DNA of 52,334 bases, from assembly GCA_009919005.1 (NCBI GenBank), contig RGCW01000003.1, positions 1 to 52,334 on the forward strand, given 5' to 3'. Of this stretch, positions 1 to 8,500 are shown one piece after another. Numbering within the stretch: the first letter of the stretch is position 1; every line of letters begins with the position of its first letter. The notes under the pieces were generated by a model. It did not search any database. It worked only from the letters and a program-made list of their open reading frames with translations, and was not told the DNA's origin. Source of the stretch: Candidatus Aquidulcis sp. (GTDB lineage: Bacteria > Chloroflexota > Limnocylindria > Limnocylindrales > Limnocylindraceae). Both the position numbers and the translations under genes were made by a program.

Positions 1-42
1 TCCGGTGATGACGACGCGTCGCGTGTGATCTGGTTCGCGCAT
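1..42 (-). CDS. 5' end of a short-chain dehydrogenase/reductase, probably 3-oxoacyl-ACP reductase (partial, runs off the window)
   Basis: ATG at 42-40 preceded by GGAAGGGGG (revcomp of 50-58). The 14 codons MREPDHTRRVVITG end in the SDR 'xxTG' start. Lies directly downstream of fabD. Confidence 0.35.
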   Translation of the reverse strand, partial: MREPDHTRRVVITG

Positions 43-61
43 GGTGCTGCCCCCTTCCTAC

Positions 62-1003
62 TTATGCCGCTGCGTGGATGTCATCAATGGAGAGGATCTC
101 GGCACCCTCGGCCGATGGGATGCGCTTCACGAGTCCGGCGAGCACACGGCCCGAGCCGACCTCGATGTATCGCTGCGTGCCCGCGGCGGCCATGGCGTTC
201 ACCGCGGCGATCCAGTCGACACCACCTGTGAGGTGATTTGAGAGTTCGTCGCGTAGCTCCGCGGCGGTCGTGATGCGCGCGGCGGTGGCGTTGGCGAGCA
301 TCGGTGTCTTCGGGTCGGCGATGGTGACGGCGGCGAGTGCCTCGCGCATGCCGGCGGCGGCCTCCTCCATCAGTGGTGAGTGGCTGGCGATGCTCACCTG
401 CAATCGCACCGCGCGCTTGGCACCAGCGGCGCTTGCCGCGGCAACAGCGGCTTCAATGGCGGCGACCTCACCAGAGAGCACGATCTGCCCTGGCGAATTG
501 CGATTGGCGAAGACCAAGATGCCGAACTGTGCACCGGCGGCGATCACATCGGCCTCGGCGCTCTCAGGAAGTCCGAGGATGGCAGCCATTGAGCCTGGTC
601 GGCCTCCCCCCGATGCCTGCATCAGCTCGCCGCGTCGGCGCGCGAGTCGTACGCCATCGGCAACAGTGAGTGCGCCTGCGGCAACCGCGGCAGCGTACTG
701 GCCGGCGGAGTGGCCGGCGATCAGAAGTGGTTCGTCGAGTGTGGTGCCGGCAGCAGCGGCGCGTTCTCGCGCGGCGGCGAGCAGGGCGATGGAGATCGTG
801 AGGATGGCGGGCTGCGCCACTTCGGTGCGCTCCAGGGCGTCGGCTGGACCGGTGGACATCAGCTGGCCGAGTGGTTCGCTGAGGGCGTCCTCCGCCTCAG
901 CCAGCACGGCGCGCGCAGCGGGTGAGGCTGCGAGTGCGGCGGCACCCATGCCGACGCTCTGCGAGCCCTGCCCAGGGAAGATCCACGAGGTGATCGGAGA
1001 CAT
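62..1003 (-). CDS. fabD: malonyl-CoA:ACP transacylase
   Basis: FPGQGSQ near the N-terminus and a GHSAGQ nucleophile elbow. The track ORF extends to GTG 1024, but ATG 1003 (MSPITSWIFPGQGSQ) lies 7 nt below a TACGAT -10 box. Confidence 0.9.
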   Translation of the reverse strand: MSPITSWIFPGQGSQSVGMGAAALAASPAARAVLAEAEDALSEPLGQLMSTGPADALERTEVAQPAILTISIALLAAARERAAAAGTTLDEPLLIAGHSAGQYAAAVAAGALTVADGVRLARRRGELMQASGGGRPGSMAAILGLPESAEADVIAAGAQFGILVFANRNSPGQIVLSGEVAAIEAAVAAASAAGAKRAVRLQVSIASHSPLMEEAAAGMREALAAVTIADPKTPMLANATAARITTAAELRDELSNHLTGGVDWIAAVNAMAAAGTQRYIEVGSGRVLAGLVKRIPSAEGAEILSIDDIHAAA

Positions 1004-1010
1004 GCGGCGA

Positions 1011-1016
1011 ATCGTA
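1011..1016 (-). promoter_or_regulatory. -10 box TACGAT, 7 nt upstream of fabD ATG (leaderless geometry)
   Basis: revcomp of atcgta; TANNNT-N7-ATG. Confidence 0.4.
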
Positions 1017-1040
1017 GCCGCCACCCGCCGCGCGCTGGGC

Positions 1041-1046
1041 TAATGT
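1041..1046 (+). promoter_or_regulatory. -10 box TAATGT, 8 nt upstream of in-frame ATG 1055 of the MarR gene
   Basis: TANNNT-N8-ATG; overlaps the palindrome at 1044-1063. Confidence 0.3.
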
Positions 1047-1063
1047 ATGCGCCTATGCATACA
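1044..1063. promoter_or_regulatory. perfect inverted repeat TGTATGC-N6-GCATACA, candidate MarR operator
   Basis: 7-bp arms read directly from the sequence. Sits in the 50-nt divergent fabD/marR region, over the putative marR -10 box and start. Confidence 0.45.
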
Positions 1064-1636
1064 CCGCGCCGAAGTCGCATCTCGGAGATCACGAAGGCCG
1101 CCGAAGGGCTGCGCAGCCGCCTACCCGCCGCGGTGCGCGTGGCTCGCGGTTCAATGGCGGAGAGCCCGCTCGATGAGGTGGCGCGCCGGCGCCAGAGCCT
1201 CGGCGAGATCGGTGGTCGCATCGTTTCGATCCGCCGCCTCTGGCGCGAACTTGTCCTCTCGACGGCACAGCAGTTGGCACCGAGCGAGCTCTCGCTTGCG
1301 CAGGTTGCGGCGCTCTATCTACTGGCGGATGGCAAGCCACGCTCCGTGGGGGAGATTGCTCGCGAACTCGGTCGCTCCCACTCGGCCACGAGTCGACTCG
1401 TCAGCTTCTTACATGAGCGCCGCTACTTGCGCGCCGCTCCGACCGACGACGCGCGAGTCCGTCGCTCCCAACTGGCACCGAGTGGCGAGGCGCTGCTGAA
1501 CTCAATCGATCGGGGACGCGCTGAGCAGTTCGTGGACCTAGTGCGACGACTGCCCACAGCGGAGCGCGGTCTCGTTGCTGCAGCAGTTGCCGCACTGGCA
1601 ACGCGCGCGCCGGCTACGCCCCCGCGTACCCCATAA
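1055..1636 (+). CDS. MarR-family transcriptional regulator
   Basis: Winged-helix segment LSLAQVAALYLLADGKPRSVGEIARELGRSHSATSRLVSFLHERRYL. Start is ambiguous: ATG 1055 is the leaderless candidate, ATG 1154 gives a more typical 160 aa, and the track ORF starts at 1043. Confidence 0.8.
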   Translation: MHTPRRSRISEITKAAEGLRSRLPAAVRVARGSMAESPLDEVARRRQSLGEIGGRIVSIRRLWRELVLSTAQQLAPSELSLAQVAALYLLADGKPRSVGEIARELGRSHSATSRLVSFLHERRYLRAAPTDDARVRRSQLAPSGEALLNSIDRGRAEQFVDLVRRLPTAERGLVAAAVAALATRAPATPPRTP

Positions 1637-3122
1637 CCACGTCGTAGAGCACCTCAACACCCCAGGCGAGCGCCTCTTGTGAGACGCGCTCGTCAATGCC
1701 GTGGAATCGCTCCATGAAGCGCTCTTTCGGATCCAGAAGATACGGCGAGAACCCATAGGTTGGAATTCCGGCTGGAACGGTGATCTTCGCGTCGGTGGCA
1801 TATGGCGCAACGGCTGGCATCAAGATCGCCTCACTGTCACGGGTACGAATCGCGGCACTCGCAATGCCAAGAATCTCGTGATCCATTGGATTGTTCACTG
1901 CCGCACCAAATTCAATGAGGTTGAGCTTTACGAATGGTGCGAGATCGGCGCCGATGCGATCGAGCATGTTGCGCTCGGCGGCCTCACGTGTTGTTCCTGG
2001 CAAGATGCGGCTATCAACTGTGAGCGTTGCCGAGCCCGGCAACACATTGGAGCGAATGCCCGAGGTCAGGATCGTTGGAGCGAACGTGTCACGCAGCACG
2101 GCGCGCAGTGCGCGAAGTAGTTCTGGTGCACAACCTGCGGCCGCCGCCTCGCTGTTGAGCTCCTTCGCATCGTCAAAGGTCTGTTCGCTCAGGAGGCGCT
2201 CAAGTCGACCGAGGGCTCCAGCTGGAAGGGCGGCGCGGAGGGCGGCAAGAAGGGCCTCGTTCTCGGGCACGATCTGAACGGGGCCGGGCACCGAGACGCG
2301 CTCCACCACTTGAGCAGCACGGAGGAGGGCGTTATCACTGTCGGGCATCGAGGCGTGACCCCACCGACCGCTGACGGTGATCGCGAAGCGGGCGAAGCCC
2401 TTCTCGGCAACCTGCAGTGGATAGATGCGTCGACCGGCGGCGGTGATGGTCATCCCTCCCGCCTCAGTGAGGCCAACCGCGGCGTCGAGCCAATGTTTTC
2501 GATCCTTCAAAACGAGTGCGATTCCGTCAAGACCACCTGTCTCTTCATCGGCGGTTGCGGTCAGGATGATGTCGCGACGCAAGCCAGGGATCACATCCTT
2601 CGCCGGGTTGAGTCCGGCCGCGCGAGCGCGCTCGCAGAGGAGTCGAATGACGCCAATCTGCACCGCAAGCGCACCTTTCATGTCGACGGCACCGCGGCCC
2701 CAGATGTAGCCATCTTTCACGACGCCCTCGAATGGGTTCACCGTCCAGCCGTCTTGATTGGCTGGCACCACGTCAAGGTGCGCGAAGAGGAGGAGCGCGC
2801 CGTTGATCGGATCGCGTGGGTCGAGGTGTGGATTGGCGGCGGCGGCACTGCCGCGTAGTCGTACGCTCACATTGCCGCGGTCGGGAATTGGTTCAAAGAA
2901 CTCGGGCTCAAGGCCTTCGCGGCGAAGGAGTTCGATCAACACTTTTGCAGCGCGCGTTTCGTTGCCAGGTGGGTTCACGCTCTCGGCGCGAATCAGCTGG
3001 ACGAGGTCTTCACCCGCCTCGGCGCCAATGCGCGATAGCAGTGCGGCATCAACCTTGGCGGAGGGGAGTCCGTTCGGGAAGTGATCTGCGGCCGTTGCGG
3101 TGAAGCGCGAGGCGCCGCTCAT
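1614..3122 (-). CDS. M20-family metallopeptidase/deacylase (ArgE/DapE/CPG2-like)
   Basis: FAHLDVVP, WGRGAVDMKG and TADEETGG motifs; ATGA overlap with the upstream small ORF. Confidence 0.8.
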   Translation of the reverse strand: MSGASRFTATAADHFPNGLPSAKVDAALLSRIGAEAGEDLVQLIRAESVNPPGNETRAAKVLIELLRREGLEPEFFEPIPDRGNVSVRLRGSAAAANPHLDPRDPINGALLLFAHLDVVPANQDGWTVNPFEGVVKDGYIWGRGAVDMKGALAVQIGVIRLLCERARAAGLNPAKDVIPGLRRDIILTATADEETGGLDGIALVLKDRKHWLDAAVGLTEAGGMTITAAGRRIYPLQVAEKGFARFAITVSGRWGHASMPDSDNALLRAAQVVERVSVPGPVQIVPENEALLAALRAALPAGALGRLERLLSEQTFDDAKELNSEAAAAGCAPELLRALRAVLRDTFAPTILTSGIRSNVLPGSATLTVDSRILPGTTREAAERNMLDRIGADLAPFVKLNLIEFGAAVNNPMDHEILGIASAAIRTRDSEAILMPAVAPYATDAKITVPAGIPTYGFSPYLLDPKERFMERFHGIDERVSQEALAWGVEVLYDVVMGYAGA

Positions 3123-3352
3123 TTGCCGATTCCAGCGATGGTGAAGACCAGCTGCAGGAGCAGCGCGCCAAGGGTCACGCCGACAAGTCCGCCGACGATC
3201 ATCTTGACCCCGCGCATCCCCGAGCGATCATCGGCCTCGGCCTTCGCGAGCTGGGCAGGGGTGAGACGATCACCGCCAGGGATCGGGGGCGCATCCAAAC
3301 CGCGAAGCCCCCCGCGGGGATCTTTCGGGTCAATCACCTTTGCTGCGCTCAT
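3119..3352 (-). CDS. small tail-anchored membrane protein (77 aa), unknown function
   Basis: Both ends overlap neighbours by 4 nt (ATGA). Polar Pro/Gly/Asp-rich N-half, then one C-terminal hydrophobic helix MIVGGLVGVTLGALLLQLVFTIAGI. Confidence 0.55.
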   Translation of the reverse strand: MSAAKVIDPKDPRGGLRGLDAPPIPGGDRLTPAQLAKAEADDRSGMRGVKMIVGGLVGVTLGALLLQLVFTIAGIGK

Positions 3353-4950
3353 CGGTCGGTTGACCCTTTCAGCGCCTTGGCGAGGCGCACCCCTGTGGTG
3401 ATTGCGCCATCTGACGCACTGCTCACGAGGGCAGCGTACTTCGCCCAGACCCCGCCAGCGTAGTGTGGTGCGGGGGCGCGCGCGACCATGAAGCCGTGGG
3501 TGGCGCCAGAGAAGCGACCATCGGTAATGAGTGCAACCTCGTCGCCGAGCCCTTGGCCCACGAGTGCGGCGGTTACGGCGAGCATCTCGCGCATCCCTGG
3601 GCCACCGACCGGGCCTTCGTAGCGAATGACGACGACGTCGCCAGCAACGATCGCGTTTGCACGGATCGCAGCGAAGGCTGCCTCTTCGGAATCGAAGACG
3701 CGCGCCGGTCCACTGTGGTGTCGGCGCTCATGGCCAGCGAGCTTCACGATCGCACCCTCGGGCGCCAGGCTGCCGCGTAGCACGGTGAGGCCGCCCGTCT
3801 TCTTGAGTGGATTGTTGATCGGGCGAATCACATCCTGTCCTGCGCACTCGTTTGCTTGCGAGGCAATCTCTCCCATGGTTCGCCCGTCAACGCTCTGCTC
3901 ACTCAGATGAAGCAAACCTCCAGCGGCGAGTTCGCGCAACACCAGCGCGATGCCACCAGCCTTATAGAGGTCGAGCGCGGCGTATGAGCCACCCGGGATC
4001 AGGTTCCCGATGACTGGCGTTGACTCTCCGAGTCGCTCAAAGGCTTCGATCTCAAGCGGCAGATCAAACTCGCGGGCAATCGCAAGCAGGTGGAGCACGG
4101 CGTTTGTTGAGCCGGCGGTTGCACCAACCGCGCGAATCGCATTCTCCAGTGCCTTGCCAGTAACGATGTCGCGCGGCTTTAGGTTCTTGCGGACGAGCTC
4201 AACGGCGATCTCGCCAGAGCGTTCGGCGGCGGCAATCTTGTCGGGGTCGGTGGCGGGGATGCCGTTGAGTCCGGCGGGGGAGAGGCCGATCACCTCGAGC
4301 GCCATGCTCATCGTGTTGGCGGTGAACTGGCCACCACAGGCACCCGCACCAGGGCAGGCGGCGTTCTCAAGATCCCAGAGCTCTTCCGCCGTGATCTTCC
4401 CGGCGCGATAGGAGCCGACCGCCTCGAAGACGCTCTGCACCGTCACATCGCTCCCCTTATAAGAGCCAGGGAGAATCGTGCCGTTGTACAGCACCAGACC
4501 AGGAATATTCAGTCGGCCGAGCGCCATCGCGGCACCGGGGCTTGTCTTGTCGCAGCCGGTGAGGCAGACGATGCCGTCGAAGCTGTGACCCATGGAGACG
4601 AGCTCAATGGAGTCGGCGATGATCTCGCGCGAGATGAGCGAGGCCTTCATCCCTTCGGTCCCCATCGCCACACCGTCTGAGACGGAGATCGTGCCGAACT
4701 CCATCGGCGTGCCGCCCGCGCGTCGGATGCCGCGCTTCACCGCCTCGGCGAGTTCACGCTGATTCAAGTTGCACGGCATCGTCTCGATCCACGTGGTGGC
4801 AACGCCGATGATTGGCTTGGCGAGGTCCTCGTCAGTGAAGCCGACCGCCTTCAGCATTGCGCGCGCTGGTGCGCGATCTGGTCCATCGGTCATGGCGGCG
4901 GAGCGCCGCTTCGCCGGATCGCTCGCGCGGTCGTACGGGTTCTTACTCAT
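3349..4950 (-). CDS. ilvD: dihydroxy-acid dehydratase, unusually short C-terminal region
   Basis: ILVD/EDD motifs CDKTSPG, ALITDGRFSGAT and KYAALVSSASDGA; 4-nt overlap with leuD. Confidence 0.85.
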   Translation of the reverse strand: MSKNPYDRASDPAKRRSAAMTDGPDRAPARAMLKAVGFTDEDLAKPIIGVATTWIETMPCNLNQRELAEAVKRGIRRAGGTPMEFGTISVSDGVAMGTEGMKASLISREIIADSIELVSMGHSFDGIVCLTGCDKTSPGAAMALGRLNIPGLVLYNGTILPGSYKGSDVTVQSVFEAVGSYRAGKITAEELWDLENAACPGAGACGGQFTANTMSMALEVIGLSPAGLNGIPATDPDKIAAAERSGEIAVELVRKNLKPRDIVTGKALENAIRAVGATAGSTNAVLHLLAIAREFDLPLEIEAFERLGESTPVIGNLIPGGSYAALDLYKAGGIALVLRELAAGGLLHLSEQSVDGRTMGEIASQANECAGQDVIRPINNPLKKTGGLTVLRGSLAPEGAIVKLAGHERRHHSGPARVFDSEEAAFAAIRANAIVAGDVVVIRYEGPVGGPGMREMLAVTAALVGQGLGDEVALITDGRFSGATHGFMVARAPAPHYAGGVWAKYAALVSSASDGAITTGVRLAKALKGSTDR

Positions 4951-5579
4951 CGCGGCGCGTTCGGCTGCAGCGTGTTGATCGTTCCTGGATGCGACGACTC
5001 GTGTGCGGTAATCTTGTCGCTCTGTGTGCGGATGTAGTCGAGTTCGTCGAGTCCCTCAAGCAGCATCTTCTGGCTGAAGCGGTCAATGGGGAAGGTGTGG
5101 GTTGCGCCGTCGGGCGTCGTCATGGTTGCGGCGGCCAGGTCAATCGTGACCGTAGCGGCGAGGTCCTCTTTAGCGATCTGCATCAACGTGGCGTGGAGTG
5201 GTGCTGGCAGAACGATCGGCAGAATGCCGTTCTTCAGTGCGTTCGACTTGAAGATGTCGGCGAAGCTTGTCGACAAGATCGCCTTAATGCCGAAGGCGCC
5301 GAGGGCCCAGGGCGCATGTTCGCGGCTGGAACCGGTGCCGAAGTTGTCGCCCGCAACGAGGATGCCGTGGCCGGCGTAGCGCGGTTCATCGATCACGAAC
5401 GGTGGGTTCTTCTTGGTGCCATCGGCCTCAAAGCGCCAGTCATGGAAGAGAGCATCGGCGAGGCCCGCTTTGTCGATGACCTTCAGGTAGCGCGCAGGAA
5501 CGATCTGGTCGGTGTCGACATTCTCGGCGGGGAGCGGCACGAGCCCCGTGGTGAAGGTGCCGACCTTAGGGGCGGCCAT
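4947..5579 (-). CDS. leuD: 3-isopropylmalate dehydratase small subunit
   Basis: Start reassigned to ATG 5579 ([33 protein letters not shown]), which overlaps the leuC TGA as TGATG. GDNFGTGSSREHAPWAL motif. The track ORF to 5765 is a spurious extension inside leuC. Confidence 0.9.
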   Translation of the reverse strand: MAAPKVGTFTTGLVPLPAENVDTDQIVPARYLKVIDKAGLADALFHDWRFEADGTKKNPPFVIDEPRYAGHGILVAGDNFGTGSSREHAPWALGAFGIKAILSTSFADIFKSNALKNGILPIVLPAPLHATLMQIAKEDLAATVTIDLAAATMTTPDGATHTFPIDRFSQKMLLEGLDELDYIRTQSDKITAHESSHPGTINTLQPNAPR

Positions 5580-6991
5580 CAGCGAGCCAACCCTGGAAGG
5601 GTGCGCGGATCGGCGATCACGCCGGTGAGTGCGGTGGCGGCGGCGGTGAGCGGCGAGGCCAAGAAGGTGCGGCCCCCCTTCCCCTGACGCCCCTCGAAGT
5701 TGCGGTTCGAGGTGCTGATCGCGTACTCGCCTGGGGCGAGCTGATCGCCATTCATCGCGATGCACATCGAGCAGCCCGCCTCGCGCCAGTCGGCACCGGC
5801 GTTGCGGAAGATGGCGTCGAGACCTTCGCGTTCGGCCTGGCGCTTCACATCGGCGGACCCTGGCACCACCATCACGCGAACCCCTTTCGCGACGGTCTGG
5901 CCCTTGAGGACATTCGCGGCGAGGCGCAGGTCGCTGATACGACCGTTGGTGCAGCTTCCAATGAAGACGGTGTTGACCGGCCGACCGATGATGCTGTCGC
6001 CCGCGCGCAGATCCATGTACTCCAGCGCGCGAGAAAGCGCGCGTGCGGCGGCGGGGTCAGACTCGTCGGCAGGATTTGGAATGGTGCCGCTGATCGGCAA
6101 GCCCATTCCAGGGTTCGTGCCGTAGGTGACCATCGGTTCCAACGTGTTTGCATCAATGACGATCTCTTTGTCGTAGGTTGCACCTTCATCGCTCGCGAGT
6201 GTGCGCCAGCGCGCGACGGCGGCGTCCCAATCGGCGCCCTGCGGCGCATGCGGTCGACCTTTCAAATAGGCGAAGGTCGTTTCGTCGGGGGCGACGAGTC
6301 CGGCGCGCGCACCACCCTCAATGCTCATGTTGCAGATCGTCATGCGCTCTTCCATTGAGAGGGCGCGAATCGCTGAGCCCGCGTATTCAAAGACGTGACC
6401 AGTGCCGCCGCCAACGCCGATGCGTGCGATCAGCGCGAGGATGATGTCTTTTGCGGAGACGCCTGGTCGTAGTGTTCCGTCTACCCGAACGAGGTAGGTC
6501 TTCGGCTTGCGCTGCAGCAGGCACTGCGTGGCAAGGACCATCTCAACCTCGCTGGTGCCGATGCCGAACGCCAGCGCGCCGAAGGCGCCGTGGGTTGCCG
6601 TATGTGAGTCGCCACAAACGATGGTCGCACCAGGCTGGGTAAGGCCAAGCTCTGGTCCAATGACGTGCACGATCCCTTGGTTCGGTGACTCCCAGCCGTG
6701 GAGTGGGACGCCGAACTCGGCGCAGTTCGCCTCGAGCTGCTTCACCTGGGCGGCCGCCATCTCATCGGCGATCGGCAGGTTGCGTGGGGTGGTCGGAATG
6801 GAGTGGTCTGCGGTGGCCACCGTGCGGTCGGGGCGTCGAACCGTTAGGCCGCGAGCACGAAGACCGGTAAACGCCTGCGGGCTGGTGACCTCGTGCACAA
6901 GGTGCAAGTCGATCGCGAGGATGGCGGGCGCCCCATCCTGCTGATCAACAACGTGCTGATTCCAGATCTTTTCAATGATGGTCTGCGGCAT
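5579..6991 (-). CDS. leuC: 3-isopropylmalate dehydratase large subunit
   Basis: Aconitase-family motifs [15 protein letters not shown] and [10 protein letters not shown]. Confidence 0.95.
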   Translation of the reverse strand: MPQTIIEKIWNQHVVDQQDGAPAILAIDLHLVHEVTSPQAFTGLRARGLTVRRPDRTVATADHSIPTTPRNLPIADEMAAAQVKQLEANCAEFGVPLHGWESPNQGIVHVIGPELGLTQPGATIVCGDSHTATHGAFGALAFGIGTSEVEMVLATQCLLQRKPKTYLVRVDGTLRPGVSAKDIILALIARIGVGGGTGHVFEYAGSAIRALSMEERMTICNMSIEGGARAGLVAPDETTFAYLKGRPHAPQGADWDAAVARWRTLASDEGATYDKEIVIDANTLEPMVTYGTNPGMGLPISGTIPNPADESDPAAARALSRALEYMDLRAGDSIIGRPVNTVFIGSCTNGRISDLRLAANVLKGQTVAKGVRVMVVPGSADVKRQAEREGLDAIFRNAGADWREAGCSMCIAMNGDQLAPGEYAISTSNRNFEGRQGKGGRTFLASPLTAAATALTGVIADPRTLPGLAR

Positions 6992-7017
6992 AGAGCGAGC
7001 CTACCAGAGGGCGAAAC

Positions 7018-7818
7018 TCACCTGAGCCCGTTGAGCCACCACTCCAGCACCAGATGGATACGTGCCGACCAGGCGCGCTCACTGTGATCGTGACCGGGAA
7101 ACGGGGTGGTCAGCACATCGCTGCCGTACCGCCAGCCGCGCGCAGCGAGGTCTGCGTCGAAGCGCGCCTGATATGGGGCATAGGCGGCGTCGAGTGTTTG
7201 ATCGCCGTAGTCCATCCAAATGCGATGGCGACCGGGTGGCGGGAGCAGTTCGGCGAGGCCCGACCCCATGAGCCCGTCGCCGAGCGGCAGGTGGGTGGAG
7301 AGTGCCAGTGCCGCTCCCCACGTCTCCGGATATCGCGCGAGAGCATAGAGCGAGGCCAGTCCGCCCATCGATGAGCCGCAGACGGCGGTGCGCTCGCGCG
7401 ATGCGGTGATGCCGAACGTCTCGCGTGCCCACGGCACCACCTTGGTCGCAAGCACCTCTTGATACTCGTCGCCGCGGAGGGTGTGATCGTTGATCGCCCA
7501 CGAGGCCGTCGGACCGCCAATCTCATTCCAGATCTGCGGGTAGCGCTCCATCACCGCTTGCGGGGCAAGCTCCTGAAAGCGGCGGCTCTCATCGGGAACC
7601 CACACCGCCACGATGAGTGGCTGCAGATCGGGATGGGCCGGCGCGACCACGCGTTCGACCGCTTCAACGACACCCCAGGTCACCCCGACCGTCGAGGTAT
7701 CTGGGTTGAAGACATTTTTTCCATCGTGCATTACCAATAGCGGCGTCGTTGTCGAGAGGGTCGGGGGTACCCAGACCTCAATCGCATGTCGTCCGATCTG
7801 ATGACGGATGATCTTCAT
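7018..7818 (-). CDS. alpha/beta-hydrolase esterase (putative-esterase/enterochelin-esterase-like)
   Basis: GSSMGG nucleophile elbow and LLVMHDGKNVF. First gene of the minus-strand leuCD-ilvD transcription unit. Confidence 0.65.
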   Translation of the reverse strand: MKIIRHQIGRHAIEVWVPPTLSTTTPLLVMHDGKNVFNPDTSTVGVTWGVVEAVERVVAPAHPDLQPLIVAVWVPDESRRFQELAPQAVMERYPQIWNEIGGPTASWAINDHTLRGDEYQEVLATKVVPWARETFGITASRERTAVCGSSMGGLASLYALARYPETWGAALALSTHLPLGDGLMGSGLAELLPPPGRHRIWMDYGDQTLDAAYAPYQARFDADLAARGWRYGSDVLTTPFPGHDHSERAWSARIHLVLEWWLNGLR

Positions 7819-7824
7819 GGCGCG

Positions 7825-7830
7825 AGCCTA
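7825..7830 (-). promoter_or_regulatory. -10 box TAGGCT, 6 nt upstream of esterase ATG 7818 (leaderless geometry)
   Basis: revcomp of agccta; TANNNT-N6-ATG. Confidence 0.45.
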
Positions 7831-7843
7831 GCGCGCGGCGTGG

Positions 7844-7849
7844 GATACT
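7844..7849 (+). promoter_or_regulatory. -10-like GATACT, 6 nt upstream of eda-like ATG 7856
   Basis: A2 and T6 conserved, with the same N6 spacing as the other cases. Confidence 0.3.
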
Positions 7850-7855
7850 GCCGCC

Positions 7856-8500
7856 ATGAACGCAAAGGTGCTTGGCCCACTCTTCTCGCGCGTCGGGATC
7901 CTTCCCGCGGTCGCCGCACAGGATGCGGCGGTGCTGTCGGCATGGGCCGACGCCGCCGTAGACGCGGGAGTGCCAGCGCTCGAACTCTTTTTGCGTGGCG
8001 AAGGGGCCGAAGCCGCAGTAACTTCCGCGATCGCCTCGCTGCGCTCTACCCATCCAACACTCACCATTGGCGCCGGGAGCGTCTACGACGCGGCTACGGC
8101 GAAGCGCATGATCGATGCGGGCGCTCAGTTCCTTGTCTCGCCGATCACGGATCCTGCGACCGGTGCAGTGGCGAAGTCCGCCGGCGTCGAATGGCTTCCG
8201 GGTGCCTTCACGCCAACCGAGATCCATCTTGCCGAAGGTGCCGGGGCGACGTATGTGAAGCTCTTCCCCGCGGCGGCGATTAACGCGCCCGCATTTATTC
8301 GTGCAACGCTTGCACCGAGCCCAACGAGCAAGATCGTGCCGACCAACGTAGGTCTCGACGAAATCGCCGCACTCGTGGCCGCAGGCGCCGCGGGATTCGG
8401 TGTCGGACCGAAGCTCCTTGATGGCGCTGACCCTCGCAGCGCTTCAGCGATCACCGCTCGCCTGCGTGCCGCTCGCGAGGCTGCCGGACGCCCCGCGTGA
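7856..8500 (+). CDS. eda: KDPG/KHG (2-dehydro-3-deoxyphosphogluconate / 4-hydroxy-2-oxoglutarate) aldolase family
   Basis: LELFLRG, IGAGSV, AGAQFLVSP, PGAFTPTEI and VKLFPA pattern; 214 aa. Confidence 0.65.
   Translation: MNAKVLGPLFSRVGILPAVAAQDAAVLSAWADAAVDAGVPALELFLRGEGAEAAVTSAIASLRSTHPTLTIGAGSVYDAATAKRMIDAGAQFLVSPITDPATGAVAKSAGVEWLPGAFTPTEIHLAEGAGATYVKLFPAAAINAPAFIRATLAPSPTSKIVPTNVGLDEIAALVAAGAAGFGVGPKLLDGADPRSASAITARLRAAREAAGRPA

Noticed and set aside
4947-5765. 5' extensions of track ORFs: leuD to 5765, aldehyde dehydrogenase from 18703, lipB from 34966, pyrC from 38307, lipoprotein to 44787, xthA to 49316, membrane genes 26584/26567.
   Set aside because: The extensions overlap the upstream gene or a divergent gene. 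They are compositionally aberrant, and an internal start sits at the point where family homology begins. That start usually has a TANNNT box or a stop/start overlap.
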